Assembly (NCBI GenBank): GCA_046563655.1
Contig: CM102287.1
Span: 7,192,001 to 7,256,000, forward strand
DNA from: Yuukianura sp. NJ FZ-2021
Lineage: Eukaryota
Reading direction: 5' to 3'
Length of the DNA stretch: 64,000 bases
Shown here in pieces: positions 1 to 13,329 of the stretch; position 1 is the stretch's first letter, and each line of letters begins with the position of its first letter. The notes under the pieces are model-generated. The model was not told where the DNA came from. It was given only the letters and a program-made list of their open reading frames with translations, and did not search any database. Made by a program: the position numbers and the translations under genes.

Positions 1-2
1 AA

Positions 3-653
3 TACACTCGTGACCTGTTTTCATTTCTTGTGCAGAATGAATCTTTGGGAGCGATACTTGCAATGGCATTGTGGACCATTGGAGCACACATTTTGGTATA
101 TTGGGCTATATTTAGTTTGCTAACTACGATGTTGATTACCACGACAATTCTACAGTGGTTAAAAGTCCTTGTCGAGCAACAGGAGAGTGGTAAACAGGAT
201 TGTGAAAGAGGAAAATATTACCAATTTTACAGAATTATTCAGGTATTCGTAGCGCAAATGAGCGATCAGTACAGAATTTGGAATCTCGTTGCATACTATG
301 GAGTCATCATTGCAACAATTTCATTTTCATATGCAATTATGAAAATGAATTGGGAGGATAATCCAATCATACCGTTGCTATTCATTGCTGCTGACTTTAC
401 CATGCTAATCATGGGGATTGTCATATGTCAAATACAAGTAGACATTGGAGCATATTCTGAACGCTGTTACTCACTCAAAAATTGGCGGAATTTACCAGTT
501 ACAAAGCAAGACAGTTACTTTAGAAGCTCCGGTCGTCCGATATATTTTCCTGTCGGTGACCAATTCACTGTGTCGAGCAGTGACTTTTGTCTGCACACTT
601 TCTGCGACGTCGTCTTTCGAACTACCGTTGACCTCTTACTTACCTTCCCTTAA
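3..653 (+). CDS. 7TM chemoreceptor-like (GR/OR superfamily-like) protein, 5'-truncated by the window edge; last exon
   Basis: Frame open from base 3 (YTRDLFSFLVQNESLG...) to TAA at 653. Several hydrophobic helices. C-terminal SGRPIYFPVGDQFTVSSSDFCLHTFCDVVFRTTVDLLLTFP is clearly paralogous to the 4442-5770 gene. Confidence 0.55.
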   Translation, partial: YTRDLFSFLVQNESLGAILAMALWTIGAHILVYWAIFSLLTTMLITTTILQWLKVLVEQQESGKQDCERGKYYQFYRIIQVFVAQMSDQYRIWNLVAYYGVIIATISFSYAIMKMNWEDNPIIPLLFIAADFTMLIMGIVICQIQVDIGAYSERCYSLKNWRNLPVTKQDSYFRSSGRPIYFPVGDQFTVSSSDFCLHTFCDVVFRTTVDLLLTFP

Positions 654-3600
654 ACTTGAGCAGAAGTACAGTGTGGTTAACAAAAAAGTAGACAACAACA
701 AACTCAAAAGTTTGTAGTAGATAAGTTTTTAGCCTCAATCTCCTCCAAAAATTGCTAATTTTGAAGAAAAAAAAAAGAAAACGTTTTTGAGGTGTCTACT
801 TTTCGTGAACAACACTATATACAGTTGTTCAAGGAAAAATAGATTTAACAACGTGACGTAGGAAAAAAAAGAATAGATGGAAAGTAGGAAAAATAAACTC
901 AAAATTTTGTCGATTTCAAAAAATTGTTGGGGGTGGGTGACGTAGATCAAAATTCAACGAAAAGGATTTGTGCAATGGAAAAACAAATTTTGCTCGTGTT
1001 TTTTCGGTCTCAATTCAAATTCCTCCACAATTGGCCAATTTGAAAAAAAATACTTAATTAATTATGCAAAGACAATAATGTGTTATATATTACTGAGTTT
1101 TATTTGAAACATATCAATTGCAAACATAATTTAAATTATTGTCATCTCATCTCCCTTAACTTGCGTCAAAACAAAAATGTTAAAAATGACCAGGTTCACG
1201 TATAGCAAGTGTAGGATGTGAACACACAAAAATTAAAAGTAAAATATAAATTTTAACACATACTTATTTTCCCTGTCCTTTTTTGTTGTGCTGTTTAAAT
1301 TATAAAAATTCATCTATGGAATAAGTTATAAAGACTTCATGGAAAGTATTGAGAGAGAAAGTTATAATAAATAATAAGTTCTAATCAATAAATACAAGTT
1401 GATAGTGTAAACTCGACTTTCTACAAAAAAAAAACATTACTCCTCTAATTCCAAACCTGTTGTTGCATCAGGCCGAAGTAAACGTAAAGAAGAATTATGA
1501 AATTAGCATTTGGCCCATTCTACTCACAATGAGCAGTATTGGAACAAAAATGCATTGTGAAAAGCGGAAATAGCTGAACAATAGTGACTTTCATGTTTAT
1601 AGACTGTGTCATTTCTAAAACTTTATTTTTTTCAAAGCGCTGGAGTTTGGAAGCTTCTTTTAACATGCAATAACACTTTGTCCAGAAACCTCTATGCCTA
1701 ACCATTAGTTTGACTACTTTCTACATATCTTAACATGAGTTAAAACGTGCTGTTTGGAAGCTGTTTTGAACCATCCTATGCATTAAGTGTAATGCTGCTC
1801 TAAAACTCGTCGCCAAAAACCACCATTCTAAATTGACATCAGAAGAAAGGGAAAGCATTTCACTTTCTTTTGTGCTCTTACCACTCTTTTCAGGCAGCCA
1901 AGCATAAGAACATAACCTAACAACAGTTCTAAGAGGAAGTTAGGTTTAAATTGGATTTCCATTCTGAGTTTGAGCCTTTGAAGCCACGGGTGGAGTCGTT
2001 CATAGGCTACCAGGTAAAATTAGGACGCTTCAAGAGAATAATGTGTTAAGTCAGGTTCTGTAAAATCCGTTCTTAACAATAGCCTTCAATTTGTGGAAAA
2101 CTGTTCATAGAATCGCTTTAAGCCCAATGATATTAGGTTATGGTAGCCTAGGCTTATTTTAACTTACAACGTGGGCTTAACCTTTTTGATCATTGAAAAT
2201 TTTGAATTAAGAATCACTAGCATCAAAGACTTGGTTTCTTAGGAACTGATTTCAGTTGCTTCTTTACAAAACCTACACGAGTTTATATATTTTCAGCATA
2301 AAAAAGAGTTTTTTAAACTTGACACAGACAATGAGAAATGGTGATTTTATTCCTGAAACTGGCTAAATCCTATTTCCGCATGTCTAGCACAAATGTAAGT
2401 TCCAGTTGGTAACTTTTGGTGGAAGAATCAAAGCGTTCTGGAATGGAAATCGCTGTGCTGAGCTGCCCACGCTGCGTATCGGCTTTACTTCTGCTCTCTA
2501 AAGCACAGTTCCAGTTCCAAATCTACCCGTGTCTCAATTTTTTTTTCTTGTACTTGTACAAGTCAAATTCTTGACTTCCAAATATTTGCAAGTCTTGTAA
2601 AATAACTGCACTCCTTGGTGGTAAAATTTTGAAGAAAAAAACTGAAACTAAAAAGCAGCGGGTTCCTGACACCACGATGGTAACAAAAGCAAAAGCTGTG
2701 ATCTTCCAAAAAGAGCAATTTTCTGGAAATCCCGTCTGCTTCAGCTGGAGTTTCGCGTTGCCTGGTTTAAGATTTCCACTTTTGGCTCGTATTTCTCTAC
2801 GCTGCTTTTTCTTTTTAGTATTTTCACGCTGCTGCATACTCATGCTCTTTGTGCATAAATTCAAAACAAACTCTTTTTAAAAATGAAACGGAAAGTGCGA
2901 ATGTTGTTACGAACAGGGAAGAAGATGAATGGTAGTAAAAATCTTTTGTTCCCGTTTTTATTTTCAAAGAAACAAGAGGAAGCACTTGTCTTCAATTGAA
3001 AAATTTAATTTTGTATTTTGGTTCGATTCCATTAGGGAATTCAGCAGTTCGGGAAGTGTCAGGGAAGTAGTGAGAAATTCTGACAGGTTCAGAGGCTGCT
3101 GTCCTGTTCCTACCAACGTCTTGTAAGATACGCTAAAAGCAATGTCTCAAGAAACCATTTTACGAAATCTGATCTCTTTTCAAAAAAAGAGAAAGAAGCT
3201 AAAAGGGGTCACAAGGAAGATTCTGAATAGAAATTGAATAGTGGGCACATTTTGTTCTTGTTACTCCGAATCGGATCCTTTTCAAGTCAGAATCATATCA
3301 AAAACTCCGAATTCGGAGTTTCTTTCTATCGGAAAAGTATGACATAAGGCATGAAATGACCTTCTGATGGACATACTTTTACTTGGAAAGCTACGGTCAG
3401 AGAAAGTAAGAAAAAATAGAGGTATTTTCAAAGTAAAATTTTTGAACATGAAAAGATGAAAGTTTAAACTAGCTTTTTTGCGAACTTCAAGGAAAAGTAA
3501 GTTTTGAGGAAATGGAAAAGTAAACTTTCACAACGCTAACCAATGTCCAGCCATCGTCTGTTTCTCAACAAAAGTAGAAATGCTTTTACGATTAGGCTTT

Positions 3601-4441
3601 TGATCAGTTTATTTGGTGAATCCCTTATAAATTGAAAAATTTTGCACCAGAGGTTGATTTTCAGATGGAATACTAAAATAGTTCTTTTGAATTTAAAAAT
3701 TGGACCGTCCATTTCATATTTTTTCCAATCATGAAAAGAGACATGGTGAACCCAATTGAAATGCATTGAAAATTCTTGAGGTTAAAAAACATTTCGTTCC
3801 TTTCAAAGATTTTGATGCTCGCGATCTCGTCCTCCTTTTACAAATGAGAAAGACGAGGCTGAGTCTCAGTCATGTCGTAAAGCGACCTGCTTACGACTGC
3901 GACACGAGGCAAGATTAGCTTTTGTGAACACTTTGACCTAAAAACGGAGCCTAACCTTCGCGTGACCTTTGACCTCCCATTGATCATGGATTAACCCCTT
4001 GATCTCCTTTGACAATGGAGTTTTGAGGCCCATTGCCCATTTAAGTTTCCATTTCAAATGACGCTTAATGAGCGCCAGGCTACTAACGATAACGAGCTCT
4101 TCCGAGTGAAGGAGCTGAACGAATGTACTATAAGCAGAACTGAGCCTTAGCCATTTCAATTATATGCTTTCAGTTTAGTTTTTTATTTACTTTTTCTATA
4201 CAAAAGTAATGGTTTTTAAACACAAAAATAAAAAAGTCAACATCAGAGAATCAAAATTTTTCCACGCCACATCCCTTGCCTATTAGAAAAAAGTTTATTT
4301 TATTTTGTCAGATTTTTTTCCGTGAAGTGTACGTGTAAATTACATTGACATTTTGCTACAAATGTCATGTCGACCTTTCATCATTTTCATCATTCAACAC
4401 TATCAACATTTATATGTAATTGTACTTTTTAGTACGTTGTA

Positions 4442-5770
4442 CTACCGAAATGTAAGTAAAAGATCGAGAGTAGTTTTGAACACGACGCTGCAGTATTGGA
4501 GACAAAAGTTTCTACTTGAAACAGTAAATTCATTGCCTATAGTTATGAAATATACTGGGCGACAGGATTTTCTAACGAAACTATCATACTTTGTAAGTGG
4601 TAAATTATGCCAATTTTTGAACGAGTAGCAACGTTCTGAGTAAGCTGTAATGTTTACTGCTATTTGACAAATAACACACCCTGTGGCAAGTAGTGTGAGG
4701 TCAGCGGCAATGAAGATCAGAGGTATGACTGGATTATCCTTCCACTTCATTTTGACAATTACAAACGCAAGTGAAATTGTCTCGATTATGACTGCGTAGT
4801 ATGAAATTTGATACCAAATGTTGTACTGGTCTGAAATGTGGGCTACCAGTACTTGGAGAATTCTGTAAAATTGGTGAAATTTGTCACTTACGATATTACT
4901 ACTATGTTTTCGACCTTCCTGGTCTTGAACTAATGCTTTTAACCACTGTAGAGTTGACAGAATAACGAAAATGACAGTTAGAAGACAAAGTAGTGACCAA
5001 AACATCACCCAGTTTCCAACGATACTTCCCACCAGGATAGTAACAGTGGTTCGCAATGTTTCATTTTTAACACAAGTTGAAGCCACAATAAGAAAATGTT
5101 GTACAAAGAAGAAATTTGTGACTACAGCTAATGTACAAAACAATGGAAATTGAATAAATAGCGACATGAACATGGTATTGAATATACGGACGTAAAACTG
5201 GAACATTTTCTCATCCCTCTTCCACCGCAAAAGATGTCCAAATAATTTTCCTAGTAAAAGTGAGTTGCAAAATCCGCAAAGTTAAAAATGTCAAAGAATG
5301 TTTCAGAAAATCATTTTTATAATTAACTCACGTGCTTCTTGGTCGATTTTGAGAAACTGATTAAAAATTCCCACCGCCTTGCGTTTGTCGGAGTTCCACA
5401 TGAAGTCAGCATAGTAACCAGTCAAAATCACGCCATTTCCAGTCAAATCCACAGCAAGCTTCACTGGTTCATTCAAATGTACAAATGTTTGGTACCAGAA
5501 TATCAAGGTCATTCCGTAACAGAGACAACGAGGCAACCAAGCCCAAACCCAAACTACTTTTGGGTACTTGCTAAATGAGGATGATATTACCATGGTCCAT
5601 TCGGACTTGTTACATACAAGCTCAAACGAAGATATTTTGAAATAGCTTCCAACCTGTAAATACTTCTTGTATTCTGCATAATGGAGCCGTTTTCCACTGT
5701 TTTCCAGGATTTTCTCCAGTTGAAGTGCAGCTGATGCTGTTTCGGTTTCACGCTTTCGTAAACGATCCAT
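4442..5770 (-). CDS. 7TM chemoreceptor-like (GR/OR superfamily-like) protein, ~415 aa, 2 exons (5770-5332, 5250-4442)
   Basis: GT-AG intron 5331-5251 joins the two ORFs in frame (..QEA-R-KLFGHLLRWKR..). Multi-TM profile and size fit arthropod chemoreceptors. C-terminal SCRPVYFITIGNEFTVSSRNF..VVFKTTLDLLL resembles the OR/GR TM7 region. Confidence 0.6.
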
Positions 5771-7304
5771 CGAGAACTGAACACTCTTAAATTCTCATTT
5801 GTTGCTAGCGTATTCAAAACAGTTTGTTTTCAAGTTTGATGTCATTGGATGAATGTGAGACTTCTGTCTTCATTTCGACTTGTAAAACGACTTATGCTTG
5901 CAAACCTAAATTTTTTTATTTTCGAAAAAATTAATTTCCGTTCAATTAATTATTATAACCTTTTTCTTGAAATTTTTCTTTCTTATAGTGATTTTTACTT
6001 ATTTTAAATAAGTTATTTATAACACGACTATGCTGCACTGAAGAGAAAAATTGTAGAATATGACAGAATATAAAAATAAGCAAAAGGAGAGTTTAAAAAC
6101 TTCTTTTTCTGCGTTTTAATTTTTTTAATACGTCTTGTATATTTTTTGTAATAAGTTTTGAATTCTACGCTACTTTATACAATAAATGCAGGAAAAATTA
6201 AAAAATGCTTTTTAAAGCTTTCACCCGCAGTCCCTATGCTTCAAAATTTCGACGTGTAAGCAGAAATTAAAATTTGAAGAATGGAATTGGATTTTTTTTT
6301 GAGAATGGAATCAGCTTCCGGTCGTTTTATTTTTAGAGACCAACGGTTTTCGGTAGGTAACACTTTTAGGCTTCACTTGTTTTATGGTCGTTGGTTTCTG
6401 ACTTTCACTTTTGGAGGTGCGGGACTTTCACTTTTTGGGCAGTTTAGAGGCAGTTATGCTTCCCATTACTCAAAATCCCTCCAACGCTTTAATTCCCACG
6501 GGATCTCCTGTTTCCTTTGCTTGTCTGGTCTAGTATCGTCCAAATAAATTTACAACTGTAGAACAACTCTCAGTTCTATTTCTAAAGTTTGAGTTTTAGA
6601 TTAGGCAGGACTGAGGTGACTGGAAGTATGGTTCAGTTTGAATTTTATTGGAGACCACACGTAAAGCTAAAAAGAGAAAGCAAAATAAAATCCTGGAATG
6701 AGGGATGCTGTATCTGGGCTGTTGCTGGGGTTTTTAATGGTCCAAAAAGAAAAGTCTATAAAAGTTTTCTCATTTAATTTTTATTGGTGGAACTTGTTTT
6801 ACTGTTACGAATTTTCTGGAATTTGGAAAAACTGGAGAATAATGGTTTGTGCAGAAAATTAAGGCGGGAATAAACTTTCTCTTTTCCGGAACGGTTAATG
6901 GGAGGTGTAATTATAATTAAGTAAGGTGCGGAGAAGGTCTAATTAGCTCAATTAAAGATCCACTGCAACCTACGGAACACTCCAGTAGAGACGCAGTAGA
7001 AAACACTTCAGAACTTCATATTAGTATAAAATACTGGATTATGCTTGAGTGTTTGTTGGTTCCAAGCAAACAAAACTCGGCTTCTCATTTATGAGGAACG
7101 CAACGCTTAACCATAAATTAATTAACGTTAAATTTGAAACGCCAATTTAACGCTACAGGTACCATTTAATTAAGTTTAATTGACCTGATTCCCCTGTTTA
7201 ATTATCGATCTACCACTGTATAAGTGTGTAAATTACAAATAATTAAGTAATCGACACTTGCTAAATTTTGATATTAAATTACAGTTATAATTTGTATTTT
7301 TCAG

Positions 7305-10300
7305 GTCTCTACTTGTACGTGCTTGTGGTGCAAACTTTTATGGCTGAAAATATTAAGCTCAGAGTTTACGCTGCCATTGGCTGGGGTAAGCTTCATGACT
7401 TTACAAGCAAAAGGAATTACTTTAGTTTTAGTTTTTTAATGATTTATGAAAACAAAATTAAGTTTTAATTTATACTTCTTATATAGTAAATTAAATTAAA
7501 TTTTTGCACTATAATTTATGTTATAAATCATTCTTAATATCTAAACTCTTTGTTACATAAATTAACTTATTTCCAATTGAGGGGTTTTGTAAATAATGCA
7601 CAACTTCCGCTTCTATTCCTTTAGCTTATCGCCGAATTGCATTCGCAACGCATGCGGATGTGGCCTCAGATGAAGCCAGACGTTGTGCCAGATTTTCACT
7701 TTTGTTTTGAATTTCCGGCCACAGCGAATGTCTTTCCTTTCACTGAGATCTTTTGTCCCCGCAGTGCCATAAACCATAAGAAGCGGCAGTTTTTGAGTCA
7801 AAGCATCAAAGGATTTCAGTGGAAGAAAAATATGCTTTCTCCGACTTACCAGGCTACGTTTCCTGAAAGACAGAGAAAGCAATCCAAAAATAGAACAATA
7901 GGGTAGTACGGTGGTTGGTCATAAAGGAATAAAGAGTATACATTAGAAAGAAGCCAAGACACACCGAAGTGTCAGTGTCTGTCGGCTTCTTCTAGATGAT
8001 CAGCATGAGTCGATTTGACACTTCATTATAAACATTCACCTCCCCCCGCCCGTATTCTTCAAAGGGAGGGGAAGACAGACGACTCGGGGAAAGTCAATTT
8101 TTAAGACTTTCAAAAATCCCGCCAGTGTCTGAGCTTTATGCTAAATTTAATTCCAAAATATTTTTATCTCTCAAGCTCATTTTTCAAGCGGTGATTTGCA
8201 TTTCTAAAAGTAATTTAAAATTTAGCATTTTGACCCAAATAGAAATAAGTGAAAGTTTAGGCTTCAATGTTTAAAAAAAATTAGAGTACTTCAGAAGTGT
8301 GAACGTTTAAGCTTAAGTTTAAGTTATTTTTTTGATTTTTCTTTTGCAGGAAGACATAATGCTTCAATTAATCTAACTTTTTGTTGTTTTCAGGAATCCC
8401 GCTTCTGATCATGGTCGTGTGGTCGATAACAAAATGGCTCGTTCAGCGAAGAGCTCTTGACACGCTGGTGAGTAAATCTCGGAATCGAGGCGCTTTGTCC
8501 CATTTAATACCCGACATCAACTTTTCCCGCTTTCACCACTTACAACAGTTGGGTTAGGTTCACCTAACCTTACTATAGTAGTCTCCTAAGTTACATTCCA
8601 CAAAGGAACAGAAACTGCTGCGGCAGCTTGCATTTTATTGACGGAATCCAAGATTCTTCCAGAATCTGATCCATAATCGAATCCACTCGGATGGACACCT
8701 AAGATGGATTCGCCTGTTCCAGAACAGTCAGATCCAACTTCAAGGTGCCTTCCAGAACGTCTGCACTTTCTCCAAATAAGAAATTGGCATTCCATGGAAC
8801 ACAATCCGTTCACATAAACACAAGGGATCCATTACAGGGCAGAATGAAAGTTGAAACGCGAATGGCATTCGCGTGTCTTTGTTCCAAACGAGTCTAAACA
8901 ACGAAAGGGCCAAAAAGGAATGCTAATGTAGGACATTTTCGTTTGTAATTTATTTTTACTAACGAGTGTGCTTTCTTTTCACAGGTTCTCAAATTGCTGG
9001 TTTTCAAAAATTGATGAAAAAAATTCAAAAGTTTAAAAGCTTATGAACAACTGTATTTTGTAGGTTGAAATAGCTCGAAAGCGAGCCAGGAGCGAATTAT
9101 TTCTAAAAAATTCAAAAATTATTCAAAAAAATTGAACTTTCCGCTTCGTTGCTTATTCTGAACTTTTTTCCTGGACAGAATTCAAATGACCTTATCCATC
9201 ATCTCCTGTACTCACAAAGAAAAAAGAAACATTCGCAGACGAGTAGGAAATAGTTCGTTGGTTTGCATAATTTGATTACTCCCAAAATCCTATTTCTCAA
9301 CCCTAACTTACACCAAACCATAACCTAACCTACGTTATGGACCACTTTCTCCTGCCAGGAAGTGAAAACTTATAGAAAAAAGCCAAATACATCACTTTTC
9401 ATCCTGTTTGTACATTTTGATATTGTCCATTACTCAGGGCGGCGGTGGAGGGGAAGTTGATCCGGAATTTCTGGTTGCTTGCTTCATTGGCGTAGCGGAA
9501 GACGTTTACGACTGGATCTACAAAGCTCCCGTCGTCCTCTGTCTCTTTGCCAATGTCGTATTTCTCGTCCGAATTATGTGGGTAAGTTCCCGCCATTTTC
9601 TAACTTTTACCAAATTGTGTCCACGCAAAACATAAAAAATACTTCGGTCCATAAAATTATATCAAGAAGACGTCGGTTCGAGAGATCCCGCAAAAAAAAA
9701 ACTGACGTCAGGCGGAGTTCTGGAGTGAAAGCACGCAGTTTGGAGGTCATGGGATTGACCTCATTTGAGAAACAAGCTTGAGGGAAAGTGACAGGATTTG
9801 TAATTGGGTGTCTTTAGGAAGTTGTTTACTCTTTCGCTGAAGCGTTGTTTATTTGCATTGTTATTCTAAGGGAGGAGTTGAGTGGAGGTGGATTTTAATA
9901 AGACACTTTCGTCTTGTTTGTTTTCTGCTTGTAGGTCCTGATTACAAAACTTCGCTCAGCTACGAGTCCAGAGACGCAACAGTCCAGGAAGGCCGCCAAA
10001 GCTCTTATCGTCCTCATGCCACTGCTGGGAATCACTTACGTCTTCATCCTTACTGGGCCCAAGAAGCTTCCCACATACGAGCATCTCAGAGCTCTTCTCA
10101 TCTCTACACAGGTAAAAACCCAGTCACTGGTCACTTCTGAACGGACAATTCTGGACCATTATGCTTGTGGACGATGTTTCAACCATACCTACTTTTGAGC
10201 ATTTGTTAGCAATGTTGTTGGATATCCACTTTTCTGGCGTAAAACCAGTGGATAATATATTTCATCCGGTTTTATCAGGAAGAAATGGCTGGATAAAATG

Positions 10301-13300
10301 GGTGTAAATAGATACTTCCGGATACTTCCACCTAATGTAGCTGGAAGAAATATTTTACCCATGCGATAACACTGTTTGCTAGGTTCAATTAGGCTATGTC
10401 TGTCAATACTTTCCAAACTATAACGGCCGAATATAGCCGAACAGGAGAGTCCTGGAATCGCAAGTGCCGCTGGAAGTAATTGGGCAAGCCGTGGTCCACA
10501 GGTCGTCAATCGACGTCAAGGTGGAGGTTTACGGCACTTTTCAAACAACTTTGGCGCCATTTTCTCTCAATTTTTTTCCTAGAATGACCCGAAGAAAAAG
10601 TTGGTTCGAACTTCAAAGTGTCAGAGATTGGTGCCGTACAAAAAAAATTTTTAGGCCGAGTCACCACTTTCTCTGCTCAAAGAGTGAGAACTTTCTCCTG
10701 TTTTTCTTAGCTAAAAACTTTGGAAAACAGAAAAAAAAGTCTAACTTAATAAGGGTTCCACTACGTCTTATACTTCAAAGGTTTCTATTATTGAAACTGT
10801 AGTGCAGACGAGAAAAGTTTTGAGCCTCGGTGTTCCTAATTTTTCAAAATTTTGAAAAACAAATATGATCCTTTCATAAAATATTCATCCGGTTGCTTTT
10901 TGGTTTCCATTAAAGTTAAAGAAGCGGGCGCGGTAAACATGCAGGTTTGAATTTTATTAAAATCGAATTGAACGCTCGAGAAACTGGGTTGATCAAAGCG
11001 ACGGATGCAACTTTTATACAGCTTCCTCCAATTTTCTCATGCTTCTTTGAACTTTGTTCAATTGAAAGAAAAATTGTATTCAAAAAGTATAAACGTGAAA
11101 ATGAACAGAAGTTTTAGTCGAAGAAGAAGAAAAAGAAGAAGCCAGAAAATTAGTAAGTATGTTGGTCACCTTCAGTTTTGACTTTTGGTAGACTTTAGCC
11201 TTGTGGTAGGACGCAACTTGTGAAATACGTCGTGTCATGTCCAATGTTGATTCGAACACACCTATTAAGTGAACATGAAATCGGCAGTTTTTGGTGACGG
11301 TAAATGCGAATTTCGACTAACAAGGTTTCTTCTATATCCTTACTAAAATATTCATACTGACAAGACAAAATTTCAATTTCGAACATGACGATGATGGAAC
11401 CGCCGTGTTTGCTCGAGAAAGCAAAATTTTGCGTTAATCAAAACAAGAGGATGTTTACCAAAGACGGAAGAATATAATTAATGAGGCTTACTGGTAATGC
11501 ACTACTGCGGGTTAGCATAAAGTAAATAAAACACATGTAGGTTAGGTTAATAGTCTGTGCAAAACAATTATAAATAGGTTAGGTTGGTTCCACAGAATCA
11601 TCGTATCAAAGTGAGCAAATGTTTTGTTCAAATATGTTTGAACAAGGCACACTAATGATTTCTGGATACTTAGCGAGGTCAGTTCCAAGCAAATTTTGGA
11701 TTCTTCAAAATCCTAGACGCATGCCAATGTACAAATGGAGGACGTTTTTTTTAGCTGCTGGGTGTTGGCTGAATTTGAAAAAAAAAAATGAAAGTTTCCA
11801 ATTTAGCATATTAAAATCTTTTCGCCCAAAGCATTGATTTGAAAACTTGCAAAATTCGGTTTTTATTAAACTGGTTTTACTTTTACTTCCGAAATTGCCT
11901 TTGGTCCTAAAAGGATTTCACTGAATTTGCAAATTTTTTGATTCCTTCTATAAGAAAAAAGAAAGTATAAGATCACGCTTGCACATTTTTTTTTAGAATG
12001 CTACGCTAAGATCAATTTTTATTCAACTTGAGCCAAATTTTTTTTAACTTGGACACAGGAGAGACGAACAAACGCAGTAAAATAGTGAAATGCGGACAAG
12101 ACGTTTTTGATCCTGGAGAAAGTCCAAATAAGATTGGCTAACTTATTTTGTGACCTCTGGACCAATCAGAAGCGTCTTTCCAGGCGGCGGAAACTTTAAA
12201 CTTTATTAAGAACAATTCTCTTCGGAGAAACAGTTTTGGTGAAATGTCGAATCATAAAAACCTGACAGTAGCTTTCGTTTAACGCTCTTCCGGTCGCCAC
12301 TGTTTCTTTTACAACCAAAAAAAAATGTACAATCTGATTTTATGATAATGTTGGCCCAGAGAAAACTTTTTACGAAATTTGGAAATTTTCTTTTTGATTT
12401 TTTTGGAAACTCTTTTCCACTTTCACCAGAAACAAGTTTCGAGAAAGTGGTCAATTTGACTCGAAATTCGAAAAGTTTCTTTTTTTTAGGACGAAAGTGA
12501 AAATGATTTTGTGAAAATGAAATTGAATTTTTTCTTGAACTTTTTCAGGGTTTTCTCGTTGCCCTTCTTTACTGTTTTTTAAACGGAGAAGTTCGAATTG
12601 CTCTTCGTCATCGTTGGAATCGACTCAGTTGCTGTTGGCAGGACGGGGGAAGTCGTGGATCCGGGCAGAGGTCAAAGGGCGGTGGATGCTGTTCGAAGTT
12701 GGCTCACTACGTATGCTGCTGCTGCAACCAATGGTGGGACAAGGAGGGACGCCGCCGCAGTGGGCACAACCAATACGTCCGAGACTTGTCTCCAAATTCA
12801 AGATCCAGAACAGAAAGTAATTATTTTGAGTAAGACGTACAACTTGATTTGAGTCGCATGGACTTTCCATTAATTTCGTTTTTTCGAAAACTTTTGTTTT
12901 GTTCTCGCTTTCTTCCATTTCTTCAGCAAGTTTTATTCTCCTCACCACAACTTGAAAAAACAAAGGAGCCAGCTCAGCACTTAACGAAAACTTCGTTGAG
13001 TTTTTGCAATTAACTCATCCAATTCTCACTCACTCGGTATTTTTTTTTACTTTGAGCACGTTCCCATTTTGAAAAAGAAAAGTTTTGCCAAGTTGAAATT
13101 GAAACTGTACTTTATTTTTAGATCAACAAATCATGCTTACCGTAAGCGAGCTTCATCATCAAGTGAAGCCACGACCATGAGCATCTTCAGCATGTCTGGA
13201 CGTTCTTCTGTCAATGGCCTCTCATATCTCCAGCCACCTAATTCGGCTGCAGCAAAGCGACTCTCAATGCTTTCCAATTCACCTAATCATCCCGTGGTCC

Positions 13301-13329
13301 AGCAAGAAGATGCTGTTCTTTCCATATGA
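7305..13329 (+). CDS. Dh44-R: Class B GPCR, CRF-like diuretic hormone (DH44) receptor paralog 1; 3' six exons only (7305-7385, 8394-8467, 9438-9581, 9935-10111, 12549-12829, 13122-13329)
   Basis: [100 protein letters not shown]. All junctions are GT-AG and phase-compatible. ECD/TM1-3 exons were not found in the window. Confidence 0.85.

Noticed and set aside
2523..2880. Overlapping ORFs considered as missing DH44R-1 5' exons
   Set aside because: No class B GPCR motifs (WDG..CW, LRCLRN.IH, FVEG) in any frame I read.
8640..8830. Region rich in GGAT/ATCC words (similar at 10140-10330)
   Set aside because: No definable repeat unit, termini or ORF; cannot support a mobile-element call.
12598..12852. 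ORF-track peptides over the DH44R-1 helix-8 exon
   Set aside because: Wrong frames; the coding frame is [20 protein letters not shown].
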